Shown in pieces: positions 54,457 through 64,000 of a stretch of DNA of 64,000 nt; within the stretch, counting starts at the first letter, position 1, and each line of letters starts with the position of its first letter. Source of the DNA: Tubulanus polymorphus (taxonomy: Eukaryota; Animalia; Nemertea); the NCBI RefSeq assembly GCF_964204645.1, contig NC_134031.1, positions 12,030,088 to 12,094,087 of the forward strand. The letters are read 5' to 3'. The notes below the pieces were generated by a model. It made no database searches. It was not told the DNA's origin and was given only the letters and a program-made list of their open reading frames with translations. Both the position numbers and the translations under genes were made by a program.

Positions 54457-55346
54457 GGGGCCGGTTTCACAAAGCATAATTAACTTTAATTATAATTAGG
54501 ACCTAAATCGTGATTAAATTTCCTTAATCATGATTAGTTACGATTAAAATTCGGTTTCATGAAAGGGTTTAATTACAAAATTAACTAATTACATAATTAG
54601 GCAACTTAATAACAATTTAACTGTATCAAAATGGCGGAACTTTAGACAGCCATTTGCTGTCCAAGCATCAACAACAGGAACAACCTTCCTTGTTTAGAGG
54701 AAAAGAGAAATTCACTCCTTTGGGAGTTAAAGATTGCTCTGAAAGGTCTCAGGAACCAGTGGAAAAACTTAGCAAGATGTCTCAAAAGTTTTTAAATAGA
54801 AACTCACCTCCAGTCAGCAAAATAAAATCCTCGTAAATGGGGTTTATTTCCGAGCAGTGATTAGCATTTTTTAAAACTATCTCCATAGATATGTACTTTA
54901 CTGACAGAAATCTATCATATGTATGGACAAAATCAATTAATTCAATACTTCTAAGTATGTGGTGGTCGTGCTGACAAAAACATAGGACGTTTGAAAATAA
55001 ATCAATAGAATTTAGAGTATTGACATTTTACAAAAGGCAAAAAATCCAAATTATTTGAGCCAAACAATCTGAAAAACTGAATAAGTGTAGGAATTGCCGT
55101 CATCAATTAATAAACACCAAATTCCATGAATCATATCTGCAGCTTTTTGTTTTTAATAATAAACTAATGATGATTAAATGGTTTAATTACACTCTAGAGG
55201 AGAATTAAATTTTGTAATTAACTTAATTATAATTAAAGTTAATTACGTTTTGTGAAACACCTAACTTGATTAAATCATGATAATTTAATCATGATTAGTG
55301 ATTTAATCATAATTAAGGGTTAATTACGCTTTGTGAAACCGGCCCC
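54457..55346. mobile_element. MITE (PIF/Harbinger-like)
   Basis: TIR ggggccggtttcacaaagc.taattaac / gttaattacgctttgtgaaaccggcccc; ctg at both junctions. Confidence 0.85.
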
Positions 55347-56026
55347 TGATGTTGAAATTTTGGTGTAAGCTGGTCTGAAATCGTCGACTGAGGAAATATT
55401 TGGGCGGCCTATTTTCTCTGAGTGTGAACCTCTATGAAGTGTGAGAAAGGAAGCCTCCGTCAGTATGCGCCCAGGTTAGATATTCTTTAATGCACACTGA
55501 TTGGCTAAATTTGTTGAAGAAATCTAAAAATGTGCAATGAATCTTGATAATCATTCAATTTATAATAATAAATTGTCTAACAAATTCCATTTCCATTTCA
55601 TACACGATGTTATCGCCGTAATTGATCCATGTGGATTTTCAACGCTCTTACACTAGCACAATTGGGCTGAACTCACCTTTAACATTTGCCTGAATTGATC
55701 TGTTATTCCAATGCTTACTGAATGCGTGTTTGTAACTTTTCTGAAATTAAGCACCAGTTCACCTCTTCCTTTACATTATTCCTGATTTCTCAACCTGCAC
55801 TATTTTAGCTACTGTCTGTTTAACTCGTCAATTATCTCAGATCAAAATATGTATAAATTGTAAAGTATTCTTGGTACGTTTGTGTTATCATCTTGATATT
55901 TTCGTCTAAAGTTTCTGCAAAAACAATCTAAAGACCTGTCCTTATTATGGAATTGATTGAAGCACAGGTCTATAGATCGTTTACAGTTTGTGAAGCTTCC
56001 ACGTCAAGCCCCATGGGACTCTTATT

Positions 56027-59000
56027 CTAGTCTCCTATCGGGATGAAAGTAGAAGTATCATAAGTGGAAGCCGAAAATACCTCCAACGGATACAACTTGT
56101 TGATAAGCCTGTTTTCCCGTAGAATTAGAAGTAGAAGAATCATAAGAATCATTACCGCCCTGGTAACGGCACAAGTAAACAAACATATATAAGCTTTTGC
56201 AACATCTTTAGTAGAGATTGGACCACAATAGTCTACGCCACAGTAGTAAAATGGCGGGCATTGTGAAACCCTACAAGGTGGTAAGGGTGGAGGGTCAGGT
56301 AACGAGTATGCTCTACCTGCAACTCTCCTACAAGTAACACATTTACGAACTTGACTTTTTACCAACTGTTGTACTTGAGGTACCCAAAATTTCTTGCGTA
56401 TTTTAGCAACGGTTGCAGATATACCGAAATGTAGAATGTCGAGATGAGCGTCTTGGGTAATCAGATGTGCGAGAGTACACAATTTCAAAATAAAAATTGG
56501 ATGCATAGTATCGTATTGTAAGTCAGCATTCTGTAATCTACCTGTGCAACGGATTATACCTTTGTCATCTAGAAAGAGTTGCAATTGATTTATCAAAGGA
56601 CGTTTCTTTTTGTTACCATCTCCCAAGCTTTTTATGATGTGAGAATAATACCTCGATTGATAGTATTTTACCCATTTTGTTTCTGCAGGGTCTATCTCAG
56701 TAGACAACAATCCGTCACGCTTGCGGTCTTCAGAAGATAAATTGATATCGTCTATAAATCTAAGAACATACACAGTTACATTAAACAACTTAGACAATGA
56801 CAACAGCGATCAATTTGGATTACATTTTCGATTTTGAAATCGAATTCGACCACTGTGGCAGCAACGTTATCAGGAACCGTATCCTCGCAAGTTAACAAAG
56901 CAGAAGCGTCCACCAAAGGCCAATTTGCACGGTCGGGCAGCCAAGAAGGACCTTTTAACCACAAATCACTTGTTTTCAAGTCGTGCGACCTAATGCCTCT
57001 AGTTATTAGAACGGCGGGGTTTGATTCGGGTGGACAGTAATGCCAATTACCTGGATCCTATAATCTTCGAATCTCGCAACTGAGAGCAACCGCGATCGCA
57101 GCCCAGCTTATGTCGACTGCGCTCCGATTCGCAGCAACTGAGGCCGACTAGCGGGATATGAAATCTGCCCAGTTGCTTCCCTGCTTATGTCGGTTGCGAT
57201 TACTAGCAACTGCAACAGCTCAAGTGGCCACGTGATAAGCATTTTGAGAATAAATTTGAATTATTAGGAAATATATTTCTATTAGAAAAGCTATTTCTTT
57301 AAGACTTTGATTTTTCTGATTCTGTTTTGAATACAATGTCCTAGCGATATAACATCATCTAAATATGGCCGCTAACACCATAATTCTACCAATTTCGTTT
57401 CTAGATCTTCGGTCCAGTCCTCTGCAGTGCTGAAGGTTTGGTTTCCGTTTCGAACTACTTGAATTTGAAAGTTTATGACTAATTACGAATGACGCTAACT
57501 AGCGGTGATAATTTGTACTATGTATATGCGGTCTCTCATTGGCTGGAACCCCTGCGCTCAGTTCCGTCGCGTCGCAGATGAGCTTACGTCGGCTGCGATC
57601 GAAAGCAGTCGGTAGTCGAAAGACGAGTCGGTAGGCGTCGGGTTGCCGTCGCAAGCCGGATTATGTCGAAGCGATAGAGCAGCAACTGGCGGCCTCTCCT
57701 AGGCCGCTAGTTGCCGCTAATCGGCGATAAACCGATTTGCGTCGGTAGGCGTCGCGTTGCTTGTCGACATAAGTCAGCCAAAGTGTCCAAAGCCCAAAAC
57801 CGTTCTGAATTTAGTGTATCATCGCTTACAGTAGTCAACAAAGACGTTACTCTATCAGTATCAGTTTGATAATTAGACAATACAGGCCCACAAACAACGA
57901 AACCCAAATTAGTAGGAATCGCTATTGATCCGTTTTCTGACATCGCCGCATCTGGATGTTGAACAAACTGATTATAGTGATCCGCTCCAATAAGAAGTGA
58001 AATATTAAACTCTCCATCCGCTGTTGGATGAGCTAATCGTTGGTTCTGAAATTCTGAAGTACATGCTTTAAGATTAACAGAAGACAATGATCTAGTTAAA
58101 ACAGGCTTAAGTACGGATCTAAAAACACTATCGTCTTCACAAATTACGTCTAGATATACCACGTCCAATAAATGGGTAGTTACATCTGACGAACCAAATA
58201 CAGAGAGATCTACCAGTTCTTGTTCATTAGAACTAAATCAAGTGCGGATGCCTGGTCAGCTTGCACAAAAGTTCGCTATGCAGCATCATCAAACAACGTA
58301 TTGGCTTCAAAAATAAAACTAGTTGGCTAATCAGAATTCTTGACTCTGGCAATCACAGTTTTTAACAAGACCGTATATTTTACGCTTTAAGTATTTACAG
58401 ACATCTGAGTAATCGGAGTGGACTCATGATTTGTGAACGATTAACCTTTCGCTTGATCAGGAAGTGTGACGCGAAGCTCACTAGTTTGAGTACCAGAATT
58501 TGAACCAGATTTTGATTAAGTATGTATGGACTGGTTATTCGGAAAAGAAAGCTTATTTAATTGTTTAGCTCCACAAATACTAGTATGGTGTTTTGATCAA
58601 GACTTACAGCAAACATTAGTTAAGCGACATGCTGCTACTCTATGTCTACCTTGACACTATATCGTACCTTTAGTAACAGTCTTTGATTGTTGTACATTCG
58701 CTGGCGTAGTGACCTCTGCCTTGACAGAATACACACTTGTGCACAGCGGGTCTTGTCTGCTGACGCTGAGTTCCGAATCATTGATCTCGTTGTTGACTGT
58801 TAACTGGTCTCGGTTCTGTTGACACAGACATGGCTGTCACGGCGGGCGATTCGTTAACTCGCTGACTACTGGTTGATTGAACACTCAAAATAATCACCTC
58901 TTTCCGGACTGCCTCTCGTAGAACTTCCAATTCCCACGCAGTTTAACCTTGCACACGGATGATGTTCTTCTTTATCTCCAAAGGTAGTTAGTTGACTATC

Positions 59001-60330
59001 ACCGGAATCAACAGCCTACCAAACGTGTCCGACTTTTGCCCTTTAGCCTGCAAACTACGAATGGCTAACTTGATTCTGTCGTAAAACTCGCGCATGGCCA
59101 TCTACTGAAGGTTTGGCGACGGAATGTCGAGAAATGAACTTAAGTAAGAGTCTGCTATCTTATCAGTTTTACCAATCTTCTTTTTCAACATATCTTTAGC
59201 AGCTAAATAGTTCCGACCGGTTAAAGCCAAGCCATCTATAGAAGTTTTCGCACTGCCAGTCATATGACATTTTAAGTGACTGAATTTCTCTATGTCCGTT
59301 AGAGAAGATTGAACATCAACGGCCGCGCAGAAAAGATCCCAAAACGTCTGCCATTCCAAAATGTTACCATTGAACTTCGGTAACTGTAGTTTGGGCGAAT
59401 TAACCCTTCTATTTTTGACAAGTGGCTGAGGAGACACAACTCCATTCTGTAGATTAAACAACAGTTCTTCAAATGAAAACTCCAGGGCGTCTGTCACCCT
59501 GATATAAGTTGCATCTTCTATAATCATATATATCTACAATTTCATATCGAATGGTTCATAATATTTCATATCTCTTACTCTATGAAATGCTTAATAATGA
59601 TAATAATAGTGTTAATAATGTAATATAACTTATGAATATAATATCAATATGTGCTTTATCGTAATCAACATGTCAGACTACTCAAAATGTATTCAAAGTT
59701 ATTAGCTCTAATAAGTGCTCCTCATTAATTAATTTACCTCTCTGAAACATGTCACTAGGTGTTAGTTTGTGAGTCCTGATGGTCTACAACTTGTCTGACA
59801 CCTAGTTCTCACATTATACTCATGATTCTGTATATAAAGACTATGTAAAGTTATGATAATCATTCTCATTCCGGGATGCAATAAAGATTGTACATATAAG
59901 GTTTAACTGCCTTGTTGTTCCTGATGGATGGAATCCTGTACCGCTGGTGTAAATGCTAGTTCCCCAGCCAGCCCCTGCCGATACAACAACCAGCCGGTTA
60001 CATGTTGACCTCCGTTCGACGGGCCATTTTTTAATCATCTAACGCCACCAATCAGAATACGCCTGCTCATCGGAGCTATCAGCAAACTGTAAATGACGCT
60101 CTACGAGTGACTCTCAAAGTTCTAGTTTAGTTTTGAGAGTACGTGATGCGGACATACCATTTTTAACATTGTTGGCTTGCAGCAATGCTTCACATTCATC
60201 TTTCCTCTTCATGAATTGACCATGTTGTTTCCTGCAGATGTTTATGTGCTTCTTCTTGTCAAAAGTATCTCCACTAGCCATTTCCAACTGCTGTCGTTCG
60301 TTTCCTTGAGGGACTGAAATGTTAGCGGGC
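56027..60330 (-). mobile_element. Decayed BEL/Pao LTR retrotransposon
   Basis: Gag KLQLPKFNGNILEWQTFWDLF (59102-59527); protease-region LLIGADHY (57707-58168); WHYCPPESNPA and LWLKGPSWL; integrase H-H-CxxC and GVDYCGP (56027-56803). Frameshifts; RT missing. Confidence 0.9.
57077..57779. mobile_element. GC-rich-ended DNA element fragment inside the BEL pol region
   Basis: Repeated cttatgtcg / cgacataag motifs; one end reads ggctgacttatgtcgac on the minus strand. Confidence 0.5.
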
Positions 60331-60830
60331 GACCGAAAAAGAATGACTATATCCTTGAGCCATGCATCAACGACGTGACACGTTCTGTTACAATATGAGC
60401 TTAAAGAGCAAATGCCATCAAAATAGAATATTGTGTAAAATTCATTTTCAAATGTGATGTATTCACAAATATCAAATATGGAACTGGTTTGAATTTTAGT
60501 TCAACCACTACTGAGAAATATCACTTTTAAATCGGCAATTTCAGCACTAGCTCACTGTTATTGTTTATGTTAGCAGGTGCGTGTTTCTGACGTCATCTAT
60601 GACAAACGCTCGCCGCTTCACGTCATTTCACTAGACATTTCATGCGGTATTTTATCGTTTTAGGAGTGATTTGAATGAATAAACTCTTGCCATTGTAAGT
60701 GTTGCTTCCATTGTATATGCCATGATAATCGTATATAAGTGAGTAGCACTGTAGGTCAGTGAATACGGTGAACAAATGATGTTTATTTTATCGATTGTAC
60801 ATTCTAACTATTACTAGCTAATTCGGGCTC

Positions 60831-63471
60831 CTTTTTGGTTTACCTTTGTCAGCAGTATGAGGTTGGCTTGAGCCAATTCATGTAAAATGGCGGTACGTTT
60901 TTTTATGTGAGCATTTTTTGTTTACCTTTGTCAGCGATATGATGTTGGCATTGAGCCAATTCATGTAAAATCGCGGTACGTTTTTTATGTGAGCATTTGT
61001 TTCATTGGTTCTCGGATTAAACGATGTATAATCGATGCGATTGAAGAACCTCCGTCGATGACATGGTCAACTGAATTAAAATTCTACGAAAAACTGTTTT
61101 TGGCAGGAAAATTCTTAGCTCTCGCGTATAAAATTGCAATGACCTCGATTGGGGGCGTCATCTCTACGAGCGAATGGGATTGGCTGTTTTTGGGATATAC
61201 CGGGAATTCCAGCGTTACTAAAATAATTATGGGAAAGCCATAGAATGGCGTACGTTTCATTGGACTAGGTGCCGTATACGTGCGAATTTCAAATGCTCAT
61301 TGCTGGTGAGGATGTAATTATTTCACACATCCGCCATAGGTATTGTTTCATTTTAATACCCGGTGATTGTTTTGATTGACATTGAGGTGTAAGCGAATAT
61401 TCACTTTCACGAGGCTTCCACGTGCGCGGGGAGTGCTACACGACACACAAGCTGGTACCGTACAATACTAAGGGTGATGCTGTAACGCGTGCATGTTTGA
61501 CATGAAAATAGGCTGAATAATCGTAGCAGAAGATGAGCGCTGTGTTTTCTGTTCTATAGACTTTGTCATAAATTGTAATTTCTTGTGACTGAAAATACTA
61601 AGCAGCAAACTATAAGTTCTGTCGAGGTCTGAATATTGTAGTGGTAAATTCCAGGATTTAGACCAAACTAATAGCCGATTTCTTCTGTACCGGTATTTTA
61701 GCTTCCGCGGCCAACATTGGAAGACGTTTCCAAGACCCAATATTCAGCCACCCTCTGATATGTGACATCATATGAATTTTAGGCCATCCCAAAATAATGG
61801 TCTGTTTGCCGTAACCCGACCGACCCGACTTCAAAGGTACCGAGTGAAAACATTTTTCTGGGATTCATTGAAATAAATTTTATTTTTGATAAAAACGGCC
61901 GACCGACCCACTGCCGACGTATGAGCATCGTGTGAAAACATGCCTTGACATATGGCCTAGTTTAAGTTTTCCAGGAAACTGGCATTGTTCCAATAAGCTG
62001 CCATTAATTCTAATATTGACTATATTAAAGCTGGTAACGTAAAAGTGCGCACATATTCAATGTACTGTTTCATTTTTAACACAGTTATATAATTTTAGAA
62101 TAATTCTTCAAATCTACGCTATTAGACAAATTTCCCATGCACAACGTAGATGATTTTTGCGATATTGTTTCCATGTAGAAAAGCCCAAAGGTGAAAAATT
62201 TGGGGTTTTTTGGCCAAATATTTTGCAAAAAAAATTTCTACCTACCTACCGACTCAAAACTGAAAAGGTGAGCCGGTGTTACGGCAAACAGACAATTATT
62301 TTGGGATGCCCTTATGTGAATATTTTTTCATATTGTGAAACATATTTTTTTGAAAATATATAAAAGTTTTCCTGCCGTGCCTACCTGTACCCTTCAAAGT
62401 TTTGGATGTGGACCGTAAACAAATGTATATCTTTGGTCTTATTTGACTACAAAGTAATTCTTTAAGAAAGATAAAATGCAATATAAACTTGTGGAACTTT
62501 GAAGTCACGAATTAAAAAAAAGATTTTTCAAGCAATGCCCTTATTCAACAACCTCTAGCTTTCAAGGTAAACCACACTTTGCCCATGGGCAATTTATTTT
62601 CATTGGTTCTCGGGTTAAACGACTTATAATCGATGCAATTGAAGACATGGCGAACCTCCGTCAATGACATGGTCAACTTTGTTTAAATTTGACGAAAAAC
62701 TGTTTTTGGCGGGAAAATTCTTAGCCCTTGCCTATAAAATTGCAATGACCTCGATTGGGGGGCGTCGTCTCTACGAGCGAATGTGATTGGCTGTTTTTTG
62801 GATATACGGGGAATTCCGGTGCTACTAAAATAATTATGGGAAAGCCATTAATGGCATACGTTTCATTGGACTAGGTGCTTATATGTGCGAATTTTAAATG
62901 CTCATTGCTGGTGAGAATATGATTATTTCACACATCGCCATAGGTATTGTTTCATTTTAATACCCGGTGAATGTGTGGATTGAGATTGAAGTGAATGTTC
63001 ACTATACAAGGCCTCCACGTGCGCGGGAGTGCTAACATTAGACTGTTGCGCATACAAACACACGCTCATACAGACTTCTATATGGTGATGCTGTAACCCT
63101 GCTTGGTGCGTGCACGTTTGGTATGATAAGCTGAATAATTGTCGTAGCAGATGAGCGCTGTTTTTTCTGCTTGATAGAATTTATAATAAATTGTAATTTT
63201 TTGTGACCTGAAAGTACTAAGCAGCAAACTATAGGTATAGGTCGAGGTCTGAATATTGTAGTGGTAAATTGCAGGATTTAAAACGATCTTATACTACGCC
63301 CCGGTTTTAGCTTCCGCGGCCATATATTGGAAAAGGTTTTGTTTCCAAGACTCAATATTCAGCCACCCTCTGATAAGTCACGAATTAAAAAGATTTTTCA
63401 AGCAATGCCCTTACTCCAAACAACCTCTAGCTTTCAAGGTAAACCACACTTTGCCCATGGGCAATTTATTT
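60831..63471 (+). repeat. Tandem copies 2 and 3 of the ~1.75-kb repeat; copy 2 has MITE family A (61782-62311), copy 3 lacks it
   Basis: Copy 2 ends gcccatgggcaatttattt at ~62599, then ttcattggttctcgg restarts; copy 3 joins ccctctgata directly to agtcacgaattaaaa. Confidence 0.85.
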
Positions 63472-63942
63472 CAATAAGTCACATCCCAGGTCGCTATATG
63501 TATACTAAAGTTTCTTCTGGTTAAGAAATCGCGGTAAGTACAATTTTGATGGCATTTGCCCTTTAAAAACTGTTTTATTGCGTGAAAACTACAAGCATAT
63601 ATAGACAGAATGACGTCACAAAATTGATTCCAAAGAGAGGTTTAACAAATGTAGAGCATTACTATTGGTTAGAACCAATAAACAAACCATGAGAAAATTG
63701 ACTATAGTTAACGGTAGTGCGACTTATGGTCCTGAAGCGTAATAATAAAGCTTGAATATGACTTTCGAAGTATTGTGTATAGACCCAGTCAACATTTTAA
63801 GTCGGCTTGACGTCCAAATGAAATCGGCAAGACGGTCGGCCCTAAGTCGATGTCGCAGTCGTCCCGCCGTTGGGCGTGCTCGTCGCGTAGTAGTTGGGCC
63901 GACTTCAGTTTTCGTCACTTAATATTTGCCAATGTCATCCAG

Positions 63943-63996
63943 GAACTATAATGAGTTTGAGGAACCTCTTCCTGAGACAACTATGGAGAATTACAT
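63943..63996 (+). CDS. Candidate downstream exon (NYNEFEEPLPETTMENY)
   Basis: catccag acceptor, open acidic frame, gtaa at the window edge; linkage to the host gene is unproven. Confidence 0.25.
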
Positions 63997-64000
63997 GTAA

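Overview
AT-rich, repeat-dense animal (probably marine invertebrate) genomic DNA. The centrepiece is a ~23.9-kb element (13882-37800) that sits between two (TA)n tracts and has imperfect terminal inverted repeats. By hand I could splice a minus-strand gene inside it: 27 coding exons, all GT-AG and phase-compatible, 4593 nt, about 1530 aa. It encodes one protein with the order SET domain (PR-Set7/KMT5A-like) - Ser/Asp/Cys repeat linker - OTU protease (vertnin-like) - acidic tract - Cys/His zinc fingers - tyrosine recombinase - Myb/SANT-like tail. This looks like a Crypton-type (CryptonV-like) DNA transposon carrying chromatin-modifying domains. Its linker is encoded by a 162-bp tandem repeat in which each unit is a complete 66-nt exon plus a 96-nt intron (12 copies). 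The element also carries a 91-bp satellite, a small Penelope-like insertion with hammerhead-like motifs and a frameshifted RING-like remnant. It appears to lie antisense in a large intron of a CCDC50-like host gene. The rest of the window holds decayed Gypsy, BEL/Pao, Sola2-like and LINE fragments, nested MITEs and Helentron-like repeats. All calls come from manual reading; no database searches were run.
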